DNA of 64,000 nt. It comes from Neophaeotheca triangularis. Lineage: Eukaryota. The DNA is taken from contig BAAIJX010000041.1 in assembly GCA_054600435.1 (NCBI GenBank), positions 62,001 through 126,000 of the forward strand. The letters are read 5' to 3'. Positions 21,892-33,922 of this stretch are shown in pieces. Every line of letters begins with the position of its first letter. Position 1 is the stretch's first letter. The notes under the pieces are model-generated. The model saw nothing but the letters and a program-made list of their open reading frames with translations. It was not told the origin of the DNA and ran no database searches. Position numbers and translations under genes: made by a program.

Positions 21892-24162
21892 ATGCCTCAC
21901 TATACCACCACAGTCGAGACGGCAACATCCGGTCGCAATACTCCGCCACCAGCTCCGACCACTCTCTATAGCGTCTCCGACCCTCCATATCAAGGACAAC
22001 TACCCACAGATCCCTCAGGCTACCGCTCCAGTGCCCCCGATACTGCCATAGTCATCGACAATGGCTCCTCCTTCGTCCGCGCAGGCTGGCAATCCGACTC
22101 CCTCCCCCGCCTACAATTCCCGCCCCTCATGGCCCGCTATACAGATCGTAAATTGAACCGCAAACTCAACTTCGTTGGCAGCGAGATCTACTTCGACGGG
22201 ACAGCAAGGGGGCAGGCGAAGAATGTCTACGAGCCACAAGGAGGGAATATTGTCAACAATTGGGACGCGCAAGAGGGTATATTCGACTACATTTTCCTGA
22301 AACTCGGGCTCGATGGGTCGAAAGGAACGATTGATCGGCCTGTGCTCATGACGGAGCCGCTGGCCAATACAGCTTACACGAGGAAGACGATGAGTGAAAT
22401 CTTGTATGAACTGTACGGAGTACCCAGTGTGGCTTATGGGGTGGATTCGCTGTTCAGCTACAATTACAATGGTGGAAAAACAGGGTTGGTGGTTAGCAGC
22501 GCAAACACGAGCACGCATCTCATACCCGTAGTGAATCAGCAGCCTCTCATCTCGCACGCGACTCGGCTGGATTGGGGACGAGCGCAGTGCGTGGAGTACC
22601 TCACGAGGTTGTTGAAGACGAAATACCCAGGAATGCTTACGACCAGCAAGGTGAACGAAACCCAGCTGGAGGATCTGGTCAAGGCGCATTGCTACGTCTC
22701 GCAAGAGTACGATGGCGAAGCACAAACAATGCTCGAATGGAGTGGGCTGGAGAACAGAGATCGCATAGTGCAACTGCCCTTCCAGGAAAAAGAAGTCGTC
22801 CAAAAGACCGAAGAGGAAATCCGCCGAGCAGAAGAGCGCAAACGCGAAGGCGGCCGCAGACTCCAAGAACAAGCCGCGAAGATGCGGCTGGAGAAATTGG
22901 TCCGCAAAGAAGGCGAACTGGAATACTACAAACAACTCGCCGAGTCCCTAAAAGAAGTCAGCAAAAAGGAAGCGCGAAACCTCCTTGAGGCCGACGACTT
23001 CCCAAGCGAAATGCACCTAGAGCGCAAAATGAAAGAAATGGAAAAGTCGATCCGCAAACAACGCAACAGAGACGTCGGCGACGACACCAACGAAGAACCC
23101 GAAGAACCCCCTACCTACCCCCTCCTCGACACCCCGGACGACGAGCTCGACGAAGACGGCATCAAAGCCAAACGCCAACAACGCCTGATGAAATCCAACC
23201 ACGACGCACGCGCGCGCGCCAAAGCCGAAAAAGCAGCCGAAGCAGCCCGACAAGCCGAGCTCCAGCGCCTCGACGATGAGCGGCGCGAGAAAAACCTCGA
23301 CGCCTGGATCGAAGAGCGCCGCGCCGCCCGCCTCGCCACTCTCACCCGCATCAAAGACCGCGAACGCCTCAAAGCCGACCTGGGAAACCGCAAATCCCAA
23401 GCGGCCCAACAGCGCATGAAGCACATCGCCAACCTGGCCTCGGACAACCCATCGGGCCGCAAACGTCGCCGCGGCCAGGACAAAGACGACGACGGCTTCG
23501 GCGCCGACGACGCCGACTGGAGCATCTACCGCGAGATCGGCACGGGCAAGGGCAACGAAGACGACGAGGAAGACGAGGAAGAAGATCTCGCCAACCAGCT
23601 CAAAACTATCGAAACCCAGCTCCTCCAACACGACCCCTCGTTCACCGAAGAGAGCACGCAGGACGCGCAAAAGGATTGGACAAAGTCCCTCGTGCATTCC
23701 TTCTTGCGCGGTCCCTGGCCCTACGACCCCGAATCCGCGCGCGAGCAAGCGCAATTCCACCTCAATGTCGAGCGCATCCGCGTGCCCGAGGTCGTCTTCC
23801 AGCCCTCCATGGCGGGCGTCGATCAAGCCGGGCTGGTGGAAATCGCCGAGGACATTTTAATGGGACGGCTGGGAAACCACAGCTCCCAAGCGGACATTCT
23901 AAAGGACGTCTTTTTGACCGGTGGGTACGCGCTCTTTGAGGGTTTTGACGAGAGGTTGAGGAGGGAGCTTCGGGCTGTTTTGCCTACGGAAGCGCAGTTG
24001 GGGGTTAGGACTGCTGGGAACCCGGTTTTGGATGCGTGGAGGGGCGCGGCGGGGTGGGCTTCGAGGGGAGAGAGCCGGAACGCTTTTGTCTCGAGGGCTG
24101 AGTGGAGTGAGAAGGGGTGTGAGTATTTGCGGGAGCACAATTTGGGGAATGTTTTTACTTGA
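21892..24162 (+). CDS. ARP5: Actin-related protein 5 (INO80 complex)
   Basis: Actin-fold motifs AIVIDNGS, LMTEP, YGVDSLFSY, ERIRVPEVVFQP, VFLTGG, DAWRGA, plus the long charged insertion typical of Arp5. Confidence 0.94.
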   Translation: MPHYTTTVETATSGRNTPPPAPTTLYSVSDPPYQGQLPTDPSGYRSSAPDTAIVIDNGSSFVRAGWQSDSLPRLQFPPLMARYTDRKLNRKLNFVGSEIYFDGTARGQAKNVYEPQGGNIVNNWDAQEGIFDYIFLKLGLDGSKGTIDRPVLMTEPLANTAYTRKTMSEILYELYGVPSVAYGVDSLFSYNYNGGKTGLVVSSANTSTHLIPVVNQQPLISHATRLDWGRAQCVEYLTRLLKTKYPGMLTTSKVNETQLEDLVKAHCYVSQEYDGEAQTMLEWSGLENRDRIVQLPFQEKEVVQKTEEEIRRAEERKREGGRRLQEQAAKMRLEKLVRKEGELEYYKQLAESLKEVSKKEARNLLEADDFPSEMHLERKMKEMEKSIRKQRNRDVGDDTNEEPEEPPTYPLLDTPDDELDEDGIKAKRQQRLMKSNHDARARAKAEKAAEAARQAELQRLDDERREKNLDAWIEERRAARLATLTRIKDRERLKADLGNRKSQAAQQRMKHIANLASDNPSGRKRRRGQDKDDDGFGADDADWSIYREIGTGKGNEDDEEDEEEDLANQLKTIETQLLQHDPSFTEESTQDAQKDWTKSLVHSFLRGPWPYDPESAREQAQFHLNVERIRVPEVVFQPSMAGVDQAGLVEIAEDILMGRLGNHSSQADILKDVFLTGGYALFEGFDERLRRELRAVLPTEAQLGVRTAGNPVLDAWRGAAGWASRGESRNAFVSRAEWSEKGCEYLREHNLGNVFT

Positions 24163-24608
24163 GAGTTGGGGGATGGCTGTTTTGCGGCTGAATAAGTGTC
24201 AGTGGGAGCATACCTAGGTAGCGATGGCGTTTGGGGACTCGGGGAACCTAGGTCACGTATCTAGTTCTGTTATCAATTACCGCCGTGCTATGCTATACTG
24301 TGTTATCTACACCACTGGGCGAAACCTGCACCCAACATCCTACATCCATAACGATCGAGTCAACACCTCCCCAGCCTTCTGAAACAAAACAACATGAAAC
24401 CCCAAGCAACTCCTCTCCCCTCCATCCATCCAGCGCCACGCTAACGAACCTAACCAAAAAGTGATCACAAAACGGAAACCCAAAAACCGAGGCCCCAAAG
24501 CCAAAGCCAGTCCTCAACCATTAAAAAATCCGCCATCCACACATCCACCAAGAGTTCCACCAAAATTCCCACCCCTTCCCCCTCCATCTAAACTCAATCC
24601 TCAACACC

Positions 24609-26240
24609 TCAACACACCACCAAGCTCCCACAGCTACTCTTCCTTGCCCCAACGGGCAACTCCGCTTTCCGAACCTCCACAACCCTCGGCCTCAAAGGCC
24701 CTCGTCTGGCCTCAACCCTCTCGGGCTCCATTGTGCCGACTCTTCGAGTTTCTCTGTCGCCTTGGTAATTGCTCCGGCAGGAGGAGTAGGCCGCGAGGGG
24801 GACTTGGCGGGCGGTGGCTATGCGCGGGTTTGGCGGGTTGGAGGTGTTGGGATAGGTGGGGCTTTTGGGGGGGAGGGGCGGGCGGGAGGGGGTTTTGATT
24901 CTGGTGTTGGCGTTGGTGTTGGTGTTGGTTCTGGGTTTGGTTTGTGGGGAGGCGGGGGTGAGGTTGCTGGCGGTGGGGAAGGTGCTGGAGTGCGGGTGTG
25001 GGGAGGGAGGGTGTGAAGATAGTGGGGCGAGGGGCTTAGGTTTGAGAGTTGGCTTTTTGGGGCTTGCGGTTGTGGTTGCGGTTGCGGTGAATGTGAGACT
25101 TGAAACGGAGGTCGGGGTTGGTGGGAGCGAGGGCTCGGTGTGGGAGATTGAGTCGGTGGAGGCTAGGGAGGGGACTTGGGGGATTCTCGGGCGGGAAAAG
25201 TTGGCTTGGGCTGGAGAGGGGGAGCTGGCAGGTGCGGTTCGGGGGCGTTGGAGCGGCGGTCGAGTGGAAGTGGATGTTGTTGAGGTGTCTGGGCCGGTGA
25301 CTTGGATCGAGAGGCCGCTTGCTGCATCTCGCGAGATACGTGGAGAGGTGGCCCGGCGTTTTAGTGGGGAAACGGCAAGATTGTCGTTTGGAGTATGCCT
25401 TGAAGACCAAGACTCGTGGACTGAGTCTATGGCTTTGATGTCGAGTCGCATAAGCTTGCTTTGCCTTCGTTCTTGCAAAGTTTCTTTGGGCTGCAAGAGC
25501 TTCTCAAACATGACGCTGTAGCGTTCCATTTGAATGTCCGGGAGCTCCAGATTGAGCTGAGGTTTTGCAGGCTTCTCCCCCAAAGCTCCAAAGATGTTGA
25601 GAGTGTCTTGAGAAGGCCTCGTTCTGGAAAGATCATTGCCCGTCGATAGCTTTCTGGGTGTCAAACTCTCAGTGCTTCCCATGAAGTGAGCCCGGTCGGC
25701 TTCTGCGCGAGCTTCGAAGCGACTCAGGCCTCTGTGTGCGGAGTCTATGAGTGTATGTTGCAGTTGTCCGGTGCTCGATCCTGCCAGGACCGGTGCAAGT
25801 GGTGCAGTTGAAGTGTAGGTTGACTGCTCCGTTCTCATCCTTTCAACGGCGGTAGGTGGCCGCTCAGCCTGTGATCCAGTCTTGCCAGGGGAGTCTTCAA
25901 CCACGGCCTTGGAACCTTTACGCTGGAAGAGGCCGCCTAGTCGGGACCAGCCAGACTTCTGCTTTCGATGCCTGGGTTTTTGTTCCTGCGGCTCGGGGAA
26001 CTTGGGTGTGTCGGGTTGCTGTGGCTTCGCTATTTTGGCACTGGCCTCGGATGGTACGACAGGCGTACTCCAGGCCGTGGCTTGCGTTGGTGAACCCAAA
26101 GCAACGCCGATTCCTGGCGAAGGCTCGCTTGCCAACAGCGGCGACGGCGCAGGGAAGTTCGAGCTCTGTTTGGGCCTCGGCGTTGTATGAGGAGACGGAG
26201 ATGGGAAGCTGAAGATCTTGCTCCCGGCTCTGATCTCCAT

Positions 26241-26273
<33 letters not shown>

Positions 26274-26537
26274 TCCATTTTCGTCGGCCAGCGATTTGGG
26301 TGGAGGCGGCGGGGGTTTGCTAGGCTTTCGCGGGTGATGTGAAGACATTCTCGCCGGCGACAACATCGAATCTTCGCCCCGCGACTTTGGCTGTCGCTGT
26401 TCACTTTTTGGTGGCGAGGCAGCAAGCTCTTTTCCCTCCTCGGCACCCGTCTCTCGCATCAATCCATTGGTCGCGTTGGGTCTGTAGGGACTGATCTCTT
26501 TGGCACGCAGAGATCTCGATCGCTCCATAAACTTCAT
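24609..26537 (-). CDS. Hypothetical low-complexity Pro/Ser-rich protein
   Basis: 642-aa ORF with short motifs I associate with conserved fungal hypotheticals (IGVALGSP, LNLELPDIQMERYSVMFEKLL) and a poly-Asp run. Start is uncertain because a possible splice acceptor lies near 26551. Confidence 0.7.
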
Positions 26538-27525
26538 ACTTTGAAGTGTCCTGTGTCAGGCGACCCAAGCTGTGTCGAGTCACTCAAGTGTGCCTTGTGC
26601 CGTAAGGTGGATAAGGAATGTGCCGGGAACCCACAACGACAGGCGCGAATGGCGCGCTCCAGGTGAGATTGGGTTAGAGGGGGGGTCTCCGTGGTGGGAT
26701 TTAGAGTGTATTACGAAAATCAAGAGTAGTGTTTCAGATGTCCAGATGCAAAAGAGTGAATGACAAGAAGAAAAAAGGAAAGGACAGAAAAGAGCGTATT
26801 GGCTTCAGCGACGACACCTCAAAGAGACAGCAACGGGCAGGCAGCAAACAAAAGGCAAAGGGCATCACGTAGCCAAGTACATAGCCAAATGTAGATCGCA
26901 CGCCTACCTCGTTGCTATGAGGCACGAGCTCTCGACGAGGGGAACATGATAATAATGATGTTCATGTACAGTACGGAGCCGTCCGTGATGATGCGGCGTC
27001 GCAGCCGTGGACGTTTATTAATTGCAGACTGGTCAGAGGTGAAATGAGTGAAATGACTACTGTACATCCATGGATAGATTGATTGCTGTCGACTTAAGCC
27101 AGCCAGTCAAAACCAGTCAGCGGTGACAACCTATTACTGGTAACCTATTGCTAGTTGTTTGCTGAGGTGGCCTTCGTTTCAGGGAGATGAAAGTGCGAGG
27201 CGGAGACTGGAGTCGTGCTTTGTGCACGGGGCAACGCTCAAGCGCTGGCGTCTGCGAAGCCTTGCTGATCTCCTGTGCGCAATAATAATGAGACCCTTTA
27301 ACGTTAATTGTGTGATTGTGTCACCTTTTCTACGAGCCTTGCTCATGGTTTCGTGTTGTCTGAGTTACAAGCTGTGGCTTGCCTTATCTCATCGGGCGGG
27401 ACACTGTCCACGTCGGCCGTTGATGCCTTCATGCTGATACCCTAGTCGATCTGAAGCCGTTGGGTTGCATTCTGCGTTGCCCATGGTCGCTGAGGTCGTC
27501 AGAACACCACATCCACCTTGTCGAG

Positions 27526-29802
27526 TTACTGCGCACCCTTCGCCCCAAACTTCTCATACCCCTCAAGCATCTCCTCAGTGATGCCCTTCCTAACCTCATC
27601 CAAAGCGCGATCAAAGTACTCGCCCGTGACCAAACCCTTCCCGCCCGCTATACGCTCCCTCACAGCCTCACCCTCTGCAAGATCGCAAATCCTCACAATC
27701 TCGGCACCACTGTAACCCCCCGTATTCCCCACCAACACCTCGAGATCCACGTCCTCGCCAATGGGTAGATTCTTCAGACAAATGTCGAAAATCTCCTTTC
27801 TGGCGTCCGAGCCTGGTGGTCCAACGTAGACGTGGCTGTCGAAGCGACCAGGACGCATCAGGGCTGGGTCGAGGACCTCGGGCTTGTTCGTTGCCGCGAG
27901 GACGGTCACGTGCTTGAGTTGCTCGAAACCGTCCATTTCGTTCAGCAGCGTTGTTAGGACGTTCAGGCCCTTGGCGCCGCCTGATTCTCTCTCGGCGCCG
28001 ATGGCGTCGATCTCGTCGAAGAAGATGATGCATGGAGATGCCGCGCGGGCTTTGCGGAAGACATCGCGGACGGCGCGTTCAGACTCGCCGACGTACATGC
28101 TGAGAAGTTCAGCGCCTTTGACCGCAATGAAGTTGTACTCGTATGTTGTTGCTACCGCTTGTGCTGTGAGGGTCTTTGAGCAGCCAGGCGGTCCGTAGAG
28201 TAAGACACCCTTTTGTGGTTTCTTGCGGTATTCAGCGAGAATTTCTGCGTGGTAGAGTGGCCATCCGATGATCTCGTCGAAGCGTGACTTCATTGATCCG
28301 GAGCCTCCTATATCGCTCCAATGTACTTTGGGGGTTTCCAGGAATACCTCGCGGAGAGCGGTTGGTTGAACATAGGCAAGTGCCTCCTCAAAGTCTGCAA
28401 GAGTGGGAGGGGGCGGTAAAAGCTCGAAGTGTTGGCCGTTCTCGACGATACCGACGGCTTGCGAGTGAGCCGCTCCATCAGTCACAGGGATCTCGGATTC
28501 TGATGGGAGCTGATTGGGCTGTGGCGTAGGCTTAAAGTCACGCCTCGCATGCCGTTTCGCAGCCCTGACCAACTTCTGCAAGTCTTGTCCCGTAAAGCCG
28601 TGGGTACGTCGAGCTATGCTCAGTGAGGTTGCATCGCCCTGGGTTTCCGCTGGTAGACCGCACAGCAATTTGAGTATTGCAACACGAGCTGCTGTTTCCG
28701 GTATGGGTAGTTCCATAACTTGACCGAGACGTCCCGGCTTCAAGAGCGAACTGTGGAGACCGTTCTGTTGACGCGCAGTGGCTACAACCAATACTGAGCT
28801 GTCTTGAATCCGATCGAGTCCGTCCGCCAGGACGTACTGGTAGGTCTCGTCTTCGGGTGAAGAGATCCTATCGATTTCATCGATGAGGAGTAGACTTGGC
28901 TTTCTCGAGAGCGCATCATTGAAAACAGTCTCGATGGTCTCCCGATTTCTCGAGATTGTGCCCCCAAGGTCGGATTTGGATAGGCGTAGCACGCTACATG
29001 CTGTGCTTTTAGACAGTTCGTTGAGCAGAGCACTCTTTCCAGTGCCCTCGTAGCCATGGAGAAGTATGCCTTCGCTAAAATCTCGAGTGAGCTCCTTGTT
29101 CGAGGTTTGAGCAGCATAAGTCAGATCACGCAGGCGCAAGTTCAGTTCTTCAATCTCGCGAGCGAGACCAGCAAGACGATCGGTATCAAGGCGTATGAGC
29201 TCTTGCGGTTTAACGACGTTCTTTGGCGGCGGCTTGTCCAGTATTTCGAACTCAGTATCATCGCTGCACCAGAATAGTGACGGGCCACCAGGTGAGATTG
29301 CCTCGATGTCCTCGACGAAAAAGCGCTTTTTCACGTTCTGCTTGACCTTGACGTCGAAAGAGATGCCACCAGCAATGACCTCTGCAAGACCTAGAATGGA
29401 GGCGCATCGCCGTTTCCAACGATAGTTCTCTGAATCAAGATCTTCCGAGCCTGGCGACATAACCTCTGTCAACAAGACCTTTTTTGCTTCAGCAACCGGC
29501 GCCTCCCCTTTTGATATGGTGACTTGGGTCCCGGCCTCAAGACCAAAGGAGGTAAGCAGAGTCTCGGACATCTTTACAGCTCGGTTCTTCGGGCTGTTGC
29601 CCATCTTGTCAAGGGCTCTCCATGCAAGACCGTAACCAGAGGTGCCATCTTCGCGTGTGATTTGACATACATCGCCGGTTTTCAGATTCATTCTTTCGAG
29701 ATCATCTTGGGAGATGTGGACCCTAAACGCTCCATCCAGACCCAATGGCTCACGCCCCTGCCCGGGAAGCGTCCTCACGACGAAAATGTTTCTGTCGCCC
29801 AT
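27526..29802 (-). CDS. AFG2: Double-ring AAA+ ATPase Afg2/Drg1-like (60S biogenesis)
   Basis: D1 GILLHGYEGTGKS / LLIDEID. D2 GVLLYGPPGCSKT (typical of Afg2), IIFFDEID, SRH DPALMRPGRFD. Likely start MGDRNIF at 29802. Confidence 0.85.
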   Translation of the reverse strand: MGDRNIFVVRTLPGQGREPLGLDGAFRVHISQDDLERMNLKTGDVCQITREDGTSGYGLAWRALDKMGNSPKNRAVKMSETLLTSFGLEAGTQVTISKGEAPVAEAKKVLLTEVMSPGSEDLDSENYRWKRRCASILGLAEVIAGGISFDVKVKQNVKKRFFVEDIEAISPGGPSLFWCSDDTEFEILDKPPPKNVVKPQELIRLDTDRLAGLAREIEELNLRLRDLTYAAQTSNKELTRDFSEGILLHGYEGTGKSALLNELSKSTACSVLRLSKSDLGGTISRNRETIETVFNDALSRKPSLLLIDEIDRISSPEDETYQYVLADGLDRIQDSSVLVVATARQQNGLHSSLLKPGRLGQVMELPIPETAARVAILKLLCGLPAETQGDATSLSIARRTHGFTGQDLQKLVRAAKRHARRDFKPTPQPNQLPSESEIPVTDGAAHSQAVGIVENGQHFELLPPPPTLADFEEALAYVQPTALREVFLETPKVHWSDIGGSGSMKSRFDEIIGWPLYHAEILAEYRKKPQKGVLLYGPPGCSKTLTAQAVATTYEYNFIAVKGAELLSMYVGESERAVRDVFRKARAASPCIIFFDEIDAIGAERESGGAKGLNVLTTLLNEMDGFEQLKHVTVLAATNKPEVLDPALMRPGRFDSHVYVGPPGSDARKEIFDICLKNLPIGEDVDLEVLVGNTGGYSGAEIVRICDLAEGEAVRERIAGGKGLVTGEYFDRALDEVRKGITEEMLEGYEKFGAKGAQ

Positions 29803-30180
29803 CCAGGGCAAATCGAAGAAGCTGCGCGTGAGGAAGGTCAACAAGATATGGAAGCAAAGAGAAGGGAGTGCGACTTCTCCTCGATTCTTACGCTGGCATC
29901 GAGACGATGCGGTGATCAAGTGGGATGGTGTCTGGTTGGCAGGAGTAGCACTCTAGTTCCCATTCGATTCAATTCAACTTCTACGGGGGTGTTTTGTTCT
30001 ATTGACGAATTTGTTGGCGGAAGGCAGGCGTCTCGGTTTCGGTTTCAAAACCGCGGCCTACTTTTCCCGACCTCCGACGGGGCGTCCGACTGGCTCTGCT
30101 CGACCTCATCTTTCGAACTACCTCCACCCATCATTTCTCAGTCGCAACAGGCATACACATCCACTGAATGCCGACAATTG

Positions 30181-31557
30181 ATGCTCACGGCGCCTCTGAT
30201 CCGAAGGCGCGCCGCATCACTGCCATGGCTTGCGCTTAGACCGATCGGCCTGCCGGCATGGCGGCATCTCAGTAGCGAGAGCGGAGGCAGGGGAAGAGGA
30301 GACAGGAGGCGGAACAGATTCAACAAGGAGCCAAAACATGATGTTGCCAGTGCCGATACCAAACATGAAACGTTGGCGACTAGTGGTCCTTCGCTGTTGG
30401 AGCAGCTTTTCCCGGAGGAGACGAAGCGTTACCAGGAACAAGAGCAGCAGGACTCTCGTCCAGACATCCCTCGCCTACCTATGGATACTAGCTTGCCGCG
30501 CCGTCCAAAAGAAAAGCGAGATCAGCCACCGGCGACGGACGACAACTCGAGCGGATGGCGGCGCACCCTGGAACTGCAGAAAGGCCAAGAGCCCACCCTG
30601 CTACTCCTGCGCAATGCGAGTAAGAACTTGGTAGAAGAGGACTTCCGTCGCCTGATCCCACAAGGTTTGCACGTTGAAGGTTGGGCGCTTGAACAAGGAG
30701 ACATTCTCAAGGTGATCCCAAATCGGGAGCTAGCAACTCTCGAGCACCAAAGCCGCTACTACCTCCTCTTCTCCAATGCCCTGAGCGCGAACGCCTATCA
30801 AGAGCACGTCACCCGGGTACACCGGTTAGCAGCCCTCCACACGCCCGCCGATACCGACTCCCCCATCATGCCTCCTCCAGGGATCATCAGCGACGGGCTA
30901 GACGTGAACGCCGCAATAGCATCGTACAGCCTGATACCGCCCACCCAGAAGCTAGTCCTACGCATGCTCCGGCCGCCCCTCACACCCATGCTCGAAGGCC
31001 TCATCCGCAACCGCGGCTACCACAGCATTGTCAACCGTCCAGACAAATCTCCCTTCGAAGCGCGTCTCACCCTCGAAGGCCCTCAGCTCTCCCAAAGCAG
31101 CATCCGCAACATCCTGCATATCAGCGGTAAAGAGCGCGCCCTCTCATGGTCAGGAGGTACAGATATCGTTAATGTCCGCCTCGCGAAATGGGAAGCGCGC
31201 AACGCCAACCCCTCCGACTCGAACTCCGCTGCCGACGATCCCACGCGCCCACCCAGTCAGCGCACAGAAGCGGCGCAAATGTCCCGAGACGTGGCCAAGT
31301 CCCAGGGCATCGACATCACGGCCCCTTTCTACTCCGAGGACCGGCAGAAGCCCAAGCCTAGGAGCACATTGAACGACGTCTACATTGTGGGTTTCAATTC
31401 GCAAGAGGCGCTGCAGACTTTTGTAGGGTTCTGGCATCGGCGGCCTATGGATCCTAACGAGTGGAGAAAAGGGGGGAGTAAGTTTGGCACGTACAATGAG
31501 GAGGCCGAGAGGGATGAGGAGAGCGCGCCTGTTGCCAAGGTGGAGGTGTTGTGGTAG
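30181..31557 (+). CDS. Hypothetical fungal protein with a predicted mitochondrial presequence
   Basis: ATG 30181. Arg/Leu-rich, acid-free N-terminus (MLTAPLIRRRAASLPWLALRPIGLPAWRHLSS) and globular-looking motifs LLLRNASKNLVEEDFRRL, YYLLF, FVGFWHRR. Divergent from AFG2. Confidence 0.75.
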   Translation: MLTAPLIRRRAASLPWLALRPIGLPAWRHLSSESGGRGRGDRRRNRFNKEPKHDVASADTKHETLATSGPSLLEQLFPEETKRYQEQEQQDSRPDIPRLPMDTSLPRRPKEKRDQPPATDDNSSGWRRTLELQKGQEPTLLLLRNASKNLVEEDFRRLIPQGLHVEGWALEQGDILKVIPNRELATLEHQSRYYLLFSNALSANAYQEHVTRVHRLAALHTPADTDSPIMPPPGIISDGLDVNAAIASYSLIPPTQKLVLRMLRPPLTPMLEGLIRNRGYHSIVNRPDKSPFEARLTLEGPQLSQSSIRNILHISGKERALSWSGGTDIVNVRLAKWEARNANPSDSNSAADDPTRPPSQRTEAAQMSRDVAKSQGIDITAPFYSEDRQKPKPRSTLNDVYIVGFNSQEALQTFVGFWHRRPMDPNEWRKGGSKFGTYNEEAERDEESAPVAKVEVLW

Positions 31558-32705
31558 TTGTACGTAGTTTCATGTACAGTCTGGTGTTTGATGAGGTCCC
31601 TCCCTGGGTTGCAGTCCTTTTTCTCACTGTCTGTTTTCTCGTGATTCAAAGATCCCCTATGCTACCGGCTGCGGCAATGCTCACCACTGGCGGCGTTTAC
31701 GAGAGATGCCGTACCGCGGCAATGCTTGTGGCGAGGCAGCCTTTGTGGATGTTGTGGTAAGACGCATATCAAGATTAGCTGACGATTAAGATGATGTTAA
31801 ACAGAGACCTGCAACGAAAAAGCTGGTTCGAAGGGATCAAGAAAAGGCGAAAGACTGCTGAGGCGCGATGAATAGCTACTCAGCAAAGAATCACGACTCC
31901 CTCAAGGGCAAGAGATATGAAATGGCACCAACACCATCATCAGGGGGCAAAAAAGGCAAAAGAAAACTTCCCACATCGGAGAATAGAAGAAATTATTCAA
32001 ATCCCTCCGCACCTATTTGGTTGGTTTGCTTTTGGGTTTGAACCGCTCCCATCCCATGTTGGGGATTCGAATTCGCGGCCTTCTGAAACTGAAGGCTCGC
32101 TACTAATGGCCCTTGATCGATCCGCAGGGAATTTAATCCCAGTCAGAGATCTTGCCATTAACCTAGGCAGCTGTGTTCCGGGTCTTTCCCCCGAATTTAC
32201 GTGACCACATGTGTTTGCTGGCTTTGATGTCAAGCTGGTTGTAGGCTTGAATATGTTGATCCAGTTGATTTAGGATGTAGGGGTGAGGTCAAGTAGAGTC
32301 TTGGATAGGGGATGAGCGTATGCCACCACAATTCACTTGTACTGGTTGTTACTTCATGTTTCTAGGCACAGAAGCTCTTTCACTAGAATCAGCATCTCCG
32401 CACGTTGGTACACTACTTTTACTTTTTGATAGGCGCTGTTCCCCCTTTGTCCGCAGATCCCTTTCCCGCCGACTGGGTTCGCTCCCCCAGCTGCACTCAC
32501 CTCTTCTAAGATAACACGACACCATGGCTCAAGGCACTGTCTCTTGTCGGAAGCTGCCAAAGCATGTATCACAGCTTGTGCCGGGGTGAGACGACAATAA
32601 GGCTCGATGTGGTATTATATAACGATCAAATCAGTTCGCGGCACCAAACACCAATCCGCAACTTTCAAGACCCCCATCAGCGCTGCGGGCCCCCATCCAC
32701 TCACC

Positions 32706-33383
32706 TCAGCCCTCCATAACCTCGATCTCCAAACCCTCAAACCTAACCTCCAAACCCCCAGCCTCCCAACCACCCTCATCAGCCGTGGGCTTAGCAACAT
32801 AAACCCCAATCCACACCTCCCCAACCGCCCCCTCATCCCCAGCGAGCAAAATCCAAGGCACCTCCCTCAAAACCACCTTCCCCCCGTCCTCCAAGAGGGC
32901 ATTCACGACAACCTTCTCCCCCAAATCAACAACCTCGACAGTCGCACTTACACCCCCAGAAGCAGTCTCACTCGAGCCCGGCAAAGGACACAAACTCCAA
33001 TCACTAACCCGGTCAGCGACAACGGTGCTGAGCGCCGCCCGGCCCTCATAAAACTCAAGACCGCTCTTCAACCACTTCGCGTCTTGCAGCTCCCCGCTTC
33101 CCTTTGCCGACGGTACGGTGAGGCAGATGCCGCCCTGGTCGTAGAGCGTTTTCCAGTTGGCGGAAAAGGTCACTGCCATGCGGCGGAAGTTTTGCCGCCG
33201 GGTTTTGAGGTGCAGGTAGGGAGCGTTGAAGACGTCGTCGGTGGGCTGGAGGGTAGGGCGCCAGATGTCTGTTTTGTTCGGTGGGGTTGTGAGGGTGAAG
33301 GGGGTTTTGGTTGGGAGTTGGGGGAGTTGTGGTTGGGTTGGGGAGATGTTTTTGGGGTGCCAGGCTTGATATTGGTTGGTCAT
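32706..33383 (-). CDS. DUF1349 / Ree1-like concanavalin-A-fold protein
   Basis: Motifs TDIWR, LYDQGG, WLKSGLEF, STVVADRVSDWS, IGVYVAKP. Confidence 0.85.
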   Translation of the reverse strand: MTNQYQAWHPKNISPTQPQLPQLPTKTPFTLTTPPNKTDIWRPTLQPTDDVFNAPYLHLKTRRQNFRRMAVTFSANWKTLYDQGGICLTVPSAKGSGELQDAKWLKSGLEFYEGRAALSTVVADRVSDWSLCPLPGSSETASGGVSATVEVVDLGEKVVVNALLEDGGKVVLREVPWILLAGDEGAVGEVWIGVYVAKPTADEGGWEAGGLEVRFEGLEIEVMEG

Positions 33384-33922
33384 GGTTGCGGTTGGTGATC
33401 GGATGTTTTTTGTTTGTTGCAAATATTGCTCGAGAATGAGGGTGGGGAGTTTTGATGGACTATGGAGATCTGATCGGACGGCTGGCGGGTTTTATATGTC
33501 GTCGCTTCGACTCATCGGCGTCGGTGTTGCTCTTTGTGGTCAGAAGACTGGAAGATAGCTACCGCATCTGCGTATTCTACTAACAAAGCGACATCTAATG
33601 GGCATCTAATGGGCATATACTGTGATAACGGGATGTCGTTCTGAGGCTACCTAGGTAGTATGTTCCGAGAGGTAAAGTCTGCACGTGGTCGGCTTTTGTA
33701 CAAGAAGTCGGAAACGCTGAGAAAGGTCGGGCGGCCCAATGCTCGATTAGGCCGGGCCGACTTTTGCAGGCACAATCGGTATGCAGGTACCTTGGTGGTT
33801 ATCCTTGCGGTCATTGTTGTCAATATTTCAGCTACAGAGTAGTGCCCTATTCGATGTTTCGTATTTGATCAAGTTACATCCACGGTTGCACGCTCGGAGC
33901 TTAAGCGATCTCTGGCAAGCGC

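Noticed and set aside
29524..30180. N-terminal extension of the 677-aa ORF overlapping AFG2 head-to-head
   Set aside because: Starts at TTG and reads like non-coding sequence; ATG 30181 begins a plausible presequence.
32176..32200. Minus-strand GGGGGAAAGACCCGGA resembling RNase MRP/P CR-I
   Set aside because: Imperfect match, and no downstream CR-V (ACnnnAnnGGGGCUnA) to form P4.
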